Shown here piece by piece: positions 9,233 through 18,004 of a stretch of DNA of 54,223 nt (position 1 is its first letter; every line of letters begins with the position of its first letter). The stretch is from the NCBI GenBank assembly GCA_043804695.1, contig JAZDIV010000127.1, forward strand, positions 1-54,223, written 5' to 3'. This stretch comes from PVC group bacterium. GTDB taxonomy: Bacteria; Auribacterota; Erginobacteria; Erginobacterales; Erginobacteraceae. Made by a program: the position numbers and the translations under genes. The notes beneath the pieces are model-generated. The model saw nothing but the letters and a program-made list of their open reading frames with translations, did not search any database and was not told the DNA's origin.

Positions 9233-10057
9233 CTAATTATCCAGCTCTTCCCGGAATTTATTTATCTCTTCCCTCCAGAGAGGGGCGAAATCCCCCCATT
9301 CTCCGCCTGACAGCGTGGCCACGGCTCTTTCCAGTTCGGCCCGGGCCTCTTCCGGCCGATCGTCTTCAGAGAGAGCGTAGGCGTAAAAAAGATGGTTCTC
9401 CGGGTGGCCCGGAAATTCCCTGGCGGCCCGCTCGAGGTATTCGAGAGCCCTCTCCAGATCCCCCGCCCCGGCGGGCCACGCCGGCGCACGGAGATAGAGC
9501 ATCCCCAGAACCCGGACCGGACCGCCCCGGTCCGTCTCCGGCTGTTTCAGAGCCCTCTCCAGAGCCTGCTCAAAACGGGGGACTTCCCCGGCGGCGGTGA
9601 GGCCCTCTTTTTCAATCAGGAGACCGAGAAGGGTGCCAAAGTAATACGCCGCTTCCGGGTCATCACCCTCCCCTCCCGCCGCGAACGCCGCTTCATACCC
9701 CTTCCGGACGACCTCTTCTTTTCTCCCTTCATCCTTGATTACTCCGCTGAGAAGGAGCGCGCTCTTAGCGAGGAGGAGCGCCGCCTCCCGGTTCGACCGG
9801 TCCATCAGGTAAGCCCGCTGGGCAAGCTTGAAGGCCGCCATCTGCTTCTCCAGAGGAGTTGAATAGGAGACATACCAGCCGGCGACCCGCACCATCTCGG
9901 CGGGTTCACCGGAGGCCGTGAGTTCCTCGACCTCCACGTCCACCAGAGCCGGGGGGCACTCGGTCGGGATCGCGGCGCAACCGGCCGCAACACCGACCAG
10001 CCAGAGCAGGGTCAACACCCGGAGACCCGCCGAAAAGCAATCAGTCAGTTTCATCAT
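9233..10057 (-). CDS. TPR-like lipoprotein (possibly TatT-like)
   Basis: 274 aa with lipobox VAAGC. It is helical-repeat rich. The C-terminal LGMLYLRAPAWPAGAGDLERALEYLERA resembles TatT-family proteins as I recall. The family call is tentative. Confidence 0.45.
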   Translation of the reverse strand: MMKLTDCFSAGLRVLTLLWLVGVAAGCAAIPTECPPALVDVEVEELTASGEPAEMVRVAGWYVSYSTPLEKQMAAFKLAQRAYLMDRSNREAALLLAKSALLLSGVIKDEGRKEEVVRKGYEAAFAAGGEGDDPEAAYYFGTLLGLLIEKEGLTAAGEVPRFEQALERALKQPETDRGGPVRVLGMLYLRAPAWPAGAGDLERALEYLERAAREFPGHPENHLFYAYALSEDDRPEEARAELERAVATLSGGEWGDFAPLWREEINKFREELDN

Positions 10058-10892
10058 ATTGCCGGATCACCTCATCCAGGGAATCCGGGTCAATCCGCGA
10101 GAATCCCTTCATCCCGAATGAGCTGAAAACCTCCGCCCCCGCTTCAGTCTCGCCCAGCGTGGTCAGGGCGTGAAGCAGTTTTTCTTTCATGTTCCGGTTG
10201 GCGGAGGTATCGACCATCATCAGTCCCACCTCAGGCAGCCGGGGAGATTCGTAGATGACGGCGAGTTCCTCAAAGAGGGGCAGCGCCTTCAGGCTGTTAT
10301 ACTGAACATCGTCCAGAAGCACGCCGCCCAGTTCCCCCCGGGCCGCCTTCCTGATCGCGGAGAGAGGCCGGGAAGTCGGATCGAGGGTAAGGTCGGATCG
10401 GGGATCGAGCTTCCCGCCGAAAACAACCTTCTTCAGAAAGACCGGGTCTTCGAAGAGAGTGCTCCCGGCTATCGTCTTCCCCTTCATGTCGTCAAGGGCG
10501 CCCGCCGTCCCCTTCTTCACCATCAGGTAATACCGGCCGCCGCTACCCGCGGACATCTCGACCGAGGCCAGGGGGATGAGATGAAGAACCTCGCGGCGGG
10601 AGAGATAAAAGCCGAGAGAGCTGATGATAAAAGCGTCCGGGTGCCCTTTCAGAAAATCCAGGGCGGCCGGGTAATCGGTAAAGTAATGCCCGTTAACGGC
10701 GGCCGGGGAGAGTGACATCCTTCCGGCGACAATGTCCACAAACTGATCGGTGTAGGTCTCCACCTGCTCACGGGGAGGGCCGCCGGGAAAAATGATAACC
10801 ACATTTATTTTCTCTTCTTCCGCTATCGCGGAAGAAGATGAAATAAATGCTGTAAGAATGACACTAATAATGCCTGCATGAAAAATTTTCAC
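10041..10892 (-). CDS. Periplasmic substrate-binding-like protein (PhnD-type fold, tentative)
   Basis: 283 aa with a signal peptide. YYLMVKKGTAGALDDMKGKTIAGS resembles PhnD-like binding proteins. Overlaps the downstream gene by 17 nt. Confidence 0.45.
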   Translation of the reverse strand: MKIFHAGIISVILTAFISSSSAIAEEEKINVVIIFPGGPPREQVETYTDQFVDIVAGRMSLSPAAVNGHYFTDYPAALDFLKGHPDAFIISSLGFYLSRREVLHLIPLASVEMSAGSGGRYYLMVKKGTAGALDDMKGKTIAGSTLFEDPVFLKKVVFGGKLDPRSDLTLDPTSRPLSAIRKAARGELGGVLLDDVQYNSLKALPLFEELAVIYESPRLPEVGLMMVDTSANRNMKEKLLHALTTLGETEAGAEVFSSFGMKGFSRIDPDSLDEVIRQYDETD

Positions 10893-11102
10893 GATGGTTC
10901 GTAGCCTGGATTATGAATAGCCACCTTATTTATGCGGCTACAGCACTCTGCTTTTTCTTCTCAAGAAGGACAACGTGTTATTCTTCCTAGTAACGCTGCC
11001 GGCAGAAAGAGACCTTTGGCTGTAATTCATTGCCAGAGAATTTGATCAAATCAATATCTTTTCGCATAGCCATTCATATAATCTTTGGCATTGTTCAAAA
11101 CT

Positions 11103-11152
11103 AACCCGATTTATGGCTGCCGGCCGGACGGCAGGCAGCCATAAATCGGGTT
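11103..11152 (-). terminator. 19-bp perfect stem-loop overlapping the stop codon of the MMPL gene
   Basis: aacccgatttatggctgcc (11103-11121) pairs with ggcagccataaatcgggtt (11134-11152). A short U-rich stretch follows on the minus strand. Confidence 0.4.
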
Positions 11153-13856
11153 AAGGATGATGTATTTTCTTATAGTGTAGCAGGTCAATCACCGCCGGCA
11201 AAACGTAAAGGGCCGCCACCAGGATGGATACGATCCCGATCAGGATGATGATCCCGAAAGACGCGACACCCTGATGACGGGAGAAAACCAGGCTGAAGAG
11301 GCTGGCCATGGTGGTCAGCGCGGCCAGGGCAACCCCCCGTCCCGAGGTCACGGTGGCGGCGTAGGCGGTAATCTCCGGGCGCTCCATCCAGCGACGGACG
11401 ATATGGACACCGTACACGATCCCCAGACCGAGCAGGAGGGGAAGCCCCGGCATCGAGGCGAAATCATAGCTCCGGCCCAGAATATACATCACGCCCTGGA
11501 CCCAGAGCATGCCCACCGTTAGGGGGATCAGGGAGAGCAGAACCGGCGCCGGACGCTTAAAATCAATCAACAGCATGATCAGGATAATGCCGAACGCGTA
11601 GAGGAGGGCCCGGAGTAGGCTGGTCACCATGACCCGGGAGGTCAGCTGGTGGGTCACCGGAAAACCGGTCGCGTCGGGGGCGATCTCCTTGAGGCTGGAA
11701 ACAAAACGATCAAGAAAATCCACGTCCCAGATTGAACCGCTGGGGAAAACATACGCGACATAGTTGCCCCGGGGACTTTTAAAGCGCCCCAGCAGTTCCG
11801 GCGGGAGGGACGTTTCGTCGGGCGGGGGCGTCTCCAGCCACCTGTACAGCAGCCGGGACAGCTTTTCCAGCCCTCTAAAGAGCGCCTCTTCAAAAGCCCG
11901 GGCGCGTTCCACCGCCCGGGTCTCATCCCCGGGGCGGAAATGCTCGAGCAGGGCTCCGATCTCGGTCAGGTTCTCCTCGATCAGCGCGACCAGGTCGGCC
12001 CGGCCGCCGGAGAAGGCGGCTTCCTGGACGATTTCCAGACCGGCGCGGATCTTCTCAAGTTCGGCCCGGTAGATACCGGGCACGGCGGCGGGAGCGGCCA
12101 GCTCAACTCCGACCTCTGATAGATAGGGGCGATATGAAGCAATCAGCCGCTGCTTTTCAACCGGGTTTTCCGGGATCAGGTCGCCGATCGATTCGACCCG
12201 GCTCACCGTCGGGAGTTCCCGGATGCGCTCGACCTGCCGCTGGAGTCGGTCGAGATCCGGGGCCGTAACCGCCGCGCAGGTCATCTGGAAATCGCTCTCC
12301 TCCTGCATCCGGATCTGGTAAATGGTGGATTCGGCCCCGGGAGGAAGCAGCTTCAGGGCGTTGAAGTCAAATGTAAGGCGGGTGGCGGCAAAGACTCCGA
12401 AAAGGCATCCGCCCCCGGCCGCCAGGACGATGAGCGTCAGGATCAGCCGTTCGCGTTTGCGCGCAGTCACTGCCAGCACACGCTTCAGAGAATAGTGACG
12501 GGGCCGGATCCGGGTGGCCAGCAACAGGGCCGGCAGCAGGAGCAGGGTGGAGAAAAGCACGATGAGCACACCCATGCCGGCGGTCAGTCCGAGCTCGGAG
12601 AAGCCGACGAAGTCGGTCCAGCCGACCGCCAGAAAGGCCAGGCCGGTCGTGAGACCCCCGGTCAGGACGGAACGCCCGGAAACGGTGACGGCGATCCGCA
12701 CCGCCTCTTCCTCCGTCCGGCCCCGGTCCACCTCCTCGGCCGTACGCCGGATCAGATAGATACCGAAGTCAATCCCGATGCCAAAAAGGACCGCCAGGAA
12801 AGACGAGCTGACCAGGTTCAGGTGGCCGATGGTCAGCGAAATCGCGCCGACGGTGATTATCATCCCGCATCCCAGGGGGATGACCGCCAGGAGTATCTTT
12901 TTCAGCGAGTGGAAACCGAAGATCAAAACTGCTATCACCAGGACCACCGAGATCGCGGTCGACCTGGCCACGTCGGCGTTGATGGCGTTCACCTCGGTCA
13001 GGGCATGGGCGGGCAGGCCGGTGAAAGCCACTGTGACCGTTTCTTTGAGACCGGGGTTCTCTTCCAGCACCCGGTCGCAGGCCTGTCTCACCGAACCGAC
13101 AAACGGTTCCAGGAAGACAACGTCATCCGAGACCGAAGCCGGACGGACGAAAAGAAAGAGCAAGCGCCCGTCGCGGGAACGGAGATACCCGCGGGATTCG
13201 ATGATTTTCGTATCCCGGAATCCTGTTTCCCGGATGATCGAGACATAATCGATCTCCTTCCGGGACGGGTCTTCCATGAACCGGCGCCACTCTCTAAACA
13301 GCCGAAGGGACACCGAGAGGCCGGCCGCGGCAACCCCGTGGTCCGCAACGCCTCCGATCTCACCCGCGAATCCCCGGTTGATGACGGCGAGAAGCGAGGG
13401 AAGACTGTCCACCCCGGATACTTTTTCAATGAGCGTACGGTAATCGTCTATCCCTTCCAGCCCCTCCGCGAGCACCGGGGCCGGGAGAAAATACGGCGCC
13501 CGGTCCAGAAAGCCGCCGAGATCGATCCGGTAGAAGACCGACTTCACGTGCTCCCGGTCGCGTTTTATCTCATCGGCGAACCGGTCGGCGGCAGACAGAA
13601 GCGACCGGGGATCGCCTTCGAGAACGACCACCAGGTCGTCGGCGGCGCCGAACTCTTCCAGAAAGGCGAGGAAGCGGGCCTGTTCCGGCTCTTCCGAAGA
13701 GACCAGCTCGTTGTAGGAGGATGAAATCGTGAGCCGGGGGATGAAGGCGGCGAAGAAAAGCGTTATCCCGGTCATGACCAACATGACCGCCCGGCCGCGG
13801 CGGCGGGCCAGGATATACATGAACTGTAGAATTCTGTCCTGCATGGACGGACGCAT
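11151..13856 (-). CDS. MMPL/RND-superfamily exporter (HpnN-like architecture)
   Basis: 901 aa. Two six-helix membrane bundles are each preceded by a large soluble loop. The N-terminus resembles HpnN-type lipid exporters. Confidence 0.75.
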   Translation of the reverse strand: MRPSMQDRILQFMYILARRRGRAVMLVMTGITLFFAAFIPRLTISSSYNELVSSEEPEQARFLAFLEEFGAADDLVVVLEGDPRSLLSAADRFADEIKRDREHVKSVFYRIDLGGFLDRAPYFLPAPVLAEGLEGIDDYRTLIEKVSGVDSLPSLLAVINRGFAGEIGGVADHGVAAAGLSVSLRLFREWRRFMEDPSRKEIDYVSIIRETGFRDTKIIESRGYLRSRDGRLLFLFVRPASVSDDVVFLEPFVGSVRQACDRVLEENPGLKETVTVAFTGLPAHALTEVNAINADVARSTAISVVLVIAVLIFGFHSLKKILLAVIPLGCGMIITVGAISLTIGHLNLVSSSFLAVLFGIGIDFGIYLIRRTAEEVDRGRTEEEAVRIAVTVSGRSVLTGGLTTGLAFLAVGWTDFVGFSELGLTAGMGVLIVLFSTLLLLPALLLATRIRPRHYSLKRVLAVTARKRERLILTLIVLAAGGGCLFGVFAATRLTFDFNALKLLPPGAESTIYQIRMQEESDFQMTCAAVTAPDLDRLQRQVERIRELPTVSRVESIGDLIPENPVEKQRLIASYRPYLSEVGVELAAPAAVPGIYRAELEKIRAGLEIVQEAAFSGGRADLVALIEENLTEIGALLEHFRPGDETRAVERARAFEEALFRGLEKLSRLLYRWLETPPPDETSLPPELLGRFKSPRGNYVAYVFPSGSIWDVDFLDRFVSSLKEIAPDATGFPVTHQLTSRVMVTSLLRALLYAFGIILIMLLIDFKRPAPVLLSLIPLTVGMLWVQGVMYILGRSYDFASMPGLPLLLGLGIVYGVHIVRRWMERPEITAYAATVTSGRGVALAALTTMASLFSLVFSRHQGVASFGIIILIGIVSILVAALYVLPAVIDLLHYKKIHHP

Positions 13857-14050
13857 CCGGGCCGGGTCCGGGGAGGCTCATGCTGCCGGGGAGCATCTCA
13901 CGGTACTCCGGTCAAGCCATTTTGCGGGGCAGTGTACCAGATGAGGCTGAACCGGAGAATAATAATATACATCTCGATTACCATTGTAACTTGATGACTG
14001 CATGATAAAATTCGGTTTTCGGAACCCCGGGAACGTGGTGCTTCGGAATT

Positions 14051-14138
14051 TTCAGCCCGAGGCTTCAGCCTGAGGCTTCAGCCAGAGGCTTCAGCCAGAG
14101 GCTGATCCGCCTCGGGAGGAGATCCGCCTCTGGCGCAC
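14051..14138. repeat. Family D repeat with tandem 12-mer expansion (GAGGCTTCAGCC x ~4, then GAGGCTGATCCGCCTC)
   Basis: Sequence is cccgaggcttcagcctgaggcttcagccagaggcttcagccagaggctgatccgcctcgggaggagatccgcctctggcgcac. The core cagccagaggctgatccgcctc recurs at 19429, 29733 and 31178. Confidence 0.8.
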
Positions 14139-14144
14139 AATAAT

Positions 14145-14180
14145 CTTATTTTTCCTCCGGAAAAATAAGAATGTGCATGC
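14145..14180. repeat. Family G hairpin (CTTATTTTTCCTCCGGAAAAATAAGAATGTGCATGC)
   Basis: Near-identical copies at 30909-30944 and 45142-45175, plus a degenerate one at 19684-19709. Confidence 0.8.
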
Positions 14181-14246
14181 ATAGAAGCAATATTTCAGGA
14201 GTATTTTAAATTACCGGTGTTGCCTCACTATCATCACGATATTCTT

Positions 14247-14287
14247 GGTTCAAAACATAAATTTGCGAGCGCAGCGAGCTAATTTAT
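14247..14287. repeat. Family C module GGTTCAAAACATAAATTTGCGAGCGCAGCGAGCTAATTTAT abutting a start codon
   Basis: Same module at 23952-23993. The core TTGCGAGCGAAGCGAGCTAA also occurs at 21111, 45311, 50385 and 31235 and, inverted, at 20807 and 29684. Confidence 0.8.
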
Positions 14288-14290
14288 TTC

Positions 14291-15490
14291 ATGAGCATTC
14301 TACTTAAAGAAGGAATTTTTTTCGCAGTCAGCGCGATCCTGGCGATCTACTGGCTGATTAAGCTCGCCCTCCTCTTTTATCGCCTGCGGATCGACCCCTG
14401 CCTTTCGACCGAGCCGGAGGAGGCGCCTGGCGGCCCGCTGATCTCGATCGTGATCGCGGTCCGGGACGAGGAGCGGAATATTGAAGACTGCATCCGCTCT
14501 TTTCAAAAACAGACCTACCGCAACTGGGAGATGATCATCGTCGATGACCGCTCCCGGGACCGGACGGCGGAGATCGTGCAGGGACTCCTGGACGGGGATC
14601 CCCGGATCCGCCTGATCAAGAACACCGAGAACCCGCCGGCCAGCTGGAGCGCCCAGGTCTATGCCAACGGAAAAGGGGTCACGGAATCGCGGGGAGAGTG
14701 GCTGGTCTTCACCGACGCCGACACCCGCCACCACCCCGCCCACCTGCAGTCGGCCCTCGCTTACTGTCTCCGGAACCGGGCCGAGGTGCTGACCATCCTC
14801 CCCGGGCAGATCTGCCGGGGCTTCTGGGAGAACACCCTCCAGCCGTTCATCTTCTGGCTTTTCTGGGACTATTTCCCTCCCCGCTCGACGAATAAAAAGA
14901 CCTGCCGGCGGGCCGGGGCCAGCGGCACCTTCTTCCTGGTCCGGCGGGGCGCCTATGAGACGATCGGGGGCTGGGCCAGTGTCCATAACACCATCCCCGA
15001 CGATGTCGCTTTTATGGAACGGGCGAAATCCCTCGGCCTAAACGCCCACCTGGTCATCGCCACCCGGACTCTTCAGGTCAGAATGTACCAGGGATTCCGT
15101 GAGAGCTTCGACGGGTGGAGCCGCTACATGCTGAGCGGGGCCAACAACAATATCCTGATCGCGCTCTGCGAGATCCTGTACGCCCTGGCCTTCAACCTCC
15201 TCCCCTTTCTCTTCCCGTTCTTCATCGGGAGATACCCCTTCACCGCGCTCCTCCTCGCGTTCTCGGCCCTGCTGATCGTCGTGATCAGGTTCGCGGTCAA
15301 TCGACTGCTCGGGGCGGCGGGCTGGGGGGCTCTCACCCACCCGGCGGCATCCCTGATGCTGGCGGCCATCTCCCTCAACACCCTTTACCGGAGAATCACC
15401 GGAAAGGGGGTGAGATGGAAAGGGAGAATTTACCTCGAGGAAGGGCGAAGCATCTTCTGGACCGGGAAGGAGTACCGGGTGAAGGAATAA
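14291..15490 (+). CDS. Family-2 glycosyltransferase, membrane-anchored (HpnB-like, tentative)
   Basis: ISIVIAVRDEE ... IIVDDRSRD ... FTDADT are GT2 signatures. Has an N-terminal TM helix and C-terminal TM helices. Confidence 0.8.
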   Translation: MSILLKEGIFFAVSAILAIYWLIKLALLFYRLRIDPCLSTEPEEAPGGPLISIVIAVRDEERNIEDCIRSFQKQTYRNWEMIIVDDRSRDRTAEIVQGLLDGDPRIRLIKNTENPPASWSAQVYANGKGVTESRGEWLVFTDADTRHHPAHLQSALAYCLRNRAEVLTILPGQICRGFWENTLQPFIFWLFWDYFPPRSTNKKTCRRAGASGTFFLVRRGAYETIGGWASVHNTIPDDVAFMERAKSLGLNAHLVIATRTLQVRMYQGFRESFDGWSRYMLSGANNNILIALCEILYALAFNLLPFLFPFFIGRYPFTALLLAFSALLIVVIRFAVNRLLGAAGWGALTHPAASLMLAAISLNTLYRRITGKGVRWKGRIYLEEGRSIFWTGKEYRVKE

Positions 15491-15521
15491 TGAGAGCTTA
15501 TTCGAAAACTCATAAGCTCTA

Positions 15522-15923
15522 AAATCCTAATATCTAAGCATGAAATTCTAAATAATATCCAATAACCAAAATCATAAATCCCAAATCAAAACACTAGGAG
15601 CCTGTCCGAGTAATTGTAATTTTGATTCAAATCGGGGTCATTGCGAGGAGCGCAGCGACGAAGCAATCTGACCCGAAGGGTCATTCCTTCGGCAAGCTCA
15701 GGACAGGCTCTGAACGTAGTGAAGGATCTCTGCTTATTCAAAGGAGATCCTTCGTTTCACCCAGGACGAGGCTTCGCATCGGATTGCTTCGCCCCTCCGG
15801 GGCTCGCAATGACTTTTTAAGGGTTACTCGGATAGGCTCATAGGGTTCACATAATTATTTTGAGCATTTGGTCCTTGGGATTTTGAATTTATTTAGGATT
15901 TCGATATTAGGATTTAGGATTTT
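15522..15923. repeat. Three-layer nested palindromic composite
   Basis: Outer AAATCCTAATATC arms at 15522-15537 and 15877-15923. Middle ctaggagcctgtccgagtaa arms at 15594-15613 and 15824-15843. Inner gtcattgcgaggagcgcagcgacgaagcaatc arms spanning 15637-15813. Two further small hairpins sit at the core. Confidence 0.85.
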
Positions 15924-15961
15924 CGCGGGGATACTGCTCGATCAGAATACAGGTCAAGACA

Positions 15962-16957
15962 CTACTCTAATCTCCCATTTTCCCTGAACCATTCCAGCGT
16001 CTCCCTGATCGTCTCTTCAATCGGCCGGGGGCGATAGCCCAGCTCCTCGCTGGCTTTCCGATGAGAGACGTGCCGGTGGTTACGGAGCGCATGGAGCGCT
16101 TCCGGGGTGAAGAGCGGACGGCGGCCGGTCAGCCGGGCCCAGCCAACAAACAGGGGGGCTGCTACCCGGCCCAGCCACATGGGCGTCATGAATCCCGGTG
16201 CCGGCCGGCCGCTGATCTTTGCAATCAGCCGGGCCATTTCCCGGAAGTGCACCCACCTCCCCGCCGCCAGATATGACTCCCCCGAACGGCCCCGCTCACC
16301 CGCCGCCAGGGCGAGACTCGCCACGTCCCGCGCGTCCACCCAGTTATAACCGCCGTCGATCAGGGCCGGGATCCGGCGGCGGCAGATATCGAGAAGGACC
16401 TGCCCCATATGGGAAGGCTTGTAGTCATGGGGGCCGATCACGCCGGTCGGGATGATGATGACCGCGTCGAGGCCGCGGGCCATCCCCTTCCTGACCTCCA
16501 TCTCTCCCCGCGCCTTTGAGCGGTCGTACGCCGGGACGTCTTCATCAAGGGCCAGTGCCCGGGCCTCGTCCACAGTACCATCCGCCGGATACGGGGAGAG
16601 GGCGTGAATGGAACTGAAATGAATCAGCCGCCCCACCCCCGAGGAGAGACATGCCTCAACCACGTTGCGGGTTCCTTCGACGTTGGTTCGGTGCACCAGG
16701 CCGTTCCGGTCCCCCGTGATCGAGATCCGGGCCGCGGAATGATAGACCAGCTTCACCCCCGCGAAGGCGCGCCGGAGAGAATCGGGATGCTGAATATCGC
16801 CCTGGATGAAATCAACGTCGAGAGCCTCGAGCGCCCGCCGGTCCCGGTGGATCAGAACCCGAACCCGTTCGCCCCGCTCAAGCAGGGCGCGGACCAGGTT
16901 TCCCCCCAGGTGACCGGAAGCGCCGGTCACCGCGATCATTTTTCTTTTACCGCTCAT
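15962..16957 (-). CDS. NAD-dependent epimerase/dehydratase (extended SDR; HpnA/dihydroflavonol-reductase-like)
   Basis: GASGHLGGNLV Rossmann motif and YDRSK catalytic motif. 331 aa. Confidence 0.8.
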   Translation of the reverse strand: MSGKRKMIAVTGASGHLGGNLVRALLERGERVRVLIHRDRRALEALDVDFIQGDIQHPDSLRRAFAGVKLVYHSAARISITGDRNGLVHRTNVEGTRNVVEACLSSGVGRLIHFSSIHALSPYPADGTVDEARALALDEDVPAYDRSKARGEMEVRKGMARGLDAVIIIPTGVIGPHDYKPSHMGQVLLDICRRRIPALIDGGYNWVDARDVASLALAAGERGRSGESYLAAGRWVHFREMARLIAKISGRPAPGFMTPMWLGRVAAPLFVGWARLTGRRPLFTPEALHALRNHRHVSHRKASEELGYRPRPIEETIRETLEWFRENGRLE

Positions 16958-16987
16958 ACCGTATTGATAGAGTACTTAATGAATTTT

Positions 16988-17012
16988 GCCACCAAGACAC
17001 CAAGACACCAAG
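16988..17012. repeat. Solo CCACCAAG arm (GCCACCAAGACACCAAGACACCAAG)
   Basis: Three tandem CACCAAGA octamers with no partner arm nearby. The track ORF 16986 starts inside it. Confidence 0.7.
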
Positions 17013-17021
17013 AAAAAATTA

Positions 17022-17879
17022 ATGATGAATAGATTGATGGATCCGGCTGTGCCGGTAATTATATTTTTCTTAACCTTCAGCCCGGCCCTTTGGTCGGTTG
17101 CCGGTGACATCGAACGGAAAGAAGTCTGCGACCGGGAGCTGGTCCGATATCGCTGCCGGCTCCCGGACAGTCAGACGGTCCGCTGGGAAGGGGAACGACG
17201 GGTGAAGAGGCTGATGGACGCTCCTCCGGACAGCTACACCGCCAGCTACCGGGAAGAAGGGATCTTCGGGGACGAGAACCGGAAAGAATGCCGCCTGATC
17301 GAGTCCCGTTTTACACTCACCGGCGGACAGCTGGCGCCTCTCCGGTCACGGGAAACCATCCGGGATCAGGCGGGAGAAGTCGTCAACACTCTTGAGATAA
17401 CGTTTGATCGCGAGCGGGGAGAGGTGCGAACACAGACCGTCTCCGGGAGGGGCGGGATAATCCGGTCCGACCGCTTCACCCTGGAACCCCGGATGGTTTA
17501 TACACAGGAACTCTGGCTGTTGCTGCGGTCATTTCCCTTTCCCCGGCCGGGGCGGGAGGATGGTGAAATGACCTGCGAGATCCTCACCGGTAAACCTGCT
17601 TCATACTCTCTGCTGATACAATATGACGGGAGAGAAGATGTCACCACGCCGGCCGGCACTTTCTCCTGCCACCGGTTGCGGATGATCCCCGATCTGGGGG
17701 TGCTGACCTGGCTGGGAAAACTGGCGGCCCCGACCATCTACCTCTGGTTCACGATCGAACCGCCGCACCACTGGATCCGGTATGCCGGTCCGGAGAGCGG
17801 ACCGGGGACGCCGGAGGTCGTAATCGAAACAATTGAAATCGCGGAGAAACCGGTCCCCTGCCTGACAACGGAGCAATAA
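17022..17879 (+). CDS. Secreted hypothetical protein
   Basis: ATG at 17022 followed by a signal-peptide-like VPVIIFFLTFSPALWSVAG. Beta-rich, with no motif I can name. The track start at 16986 lies in a repeat arm. Confidence 0.55.
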   Translation: MMNRLMDPAVPVIIFFLTFSPALWSVAGDIERKEVCDRELVRYRCRLPDSQTVRWEGERRVKRLMDAPPDSYTASYREEGIFGDENRKECRLIESRFTLTGGQLAPLRSRETIRDQAGEVVNTLEITFDRERGEVRTQTVSGRGGIIRSDRFTLEPRMVYTQELWLLLRSFPFPRPGREDGEMTCEILTGKPASYSLLIQYDGREDVTTPAGTFSCHRLRMIPDLGVLTWLGKLAAPTIYLWFTIEPPHHWIRYAGPESGPGTPEVVIETIEIAEKPVPCLTTEQ

Positions 17880-17970
17880 ACGGGGCAATAAATCCTTGTC
17901 GCATATAGGCGATCCTGTTAGTATAGCCTTTTTCTGGAATCGAGTGCCGCGGATCAGGGCGGCTTAGGTA

Positions 17971-17985
17971 ACAGGTAAAACCTGT
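17971..17985. promoter_or_regulatory. Palindrome ACAGGT-AAA-ACCTGT just upstream of the FadL-family gene
   Basis: 6-bp perfect inverted repeat about 20 nt before the start codon. The half-site resembles the FadR-type AACAGGT/ACCTGTT half-site as I recall. Confidence 0.15.
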
Positions 17986-18004
17986 AAACCGGTAAGGAGG
18001 AGAA

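Noticed and set aside
14262-14287. Family C module as a sigma-70 promoter (TTGCGA ... TAATTT)
   Set aside because: The spacing between the two hexamer-like strings is only about 11 nt, far from 17. A GG-N10-GC sigma-54 pattern does not fit either. I kept it as a repeat with possible 5'-UTR function only.
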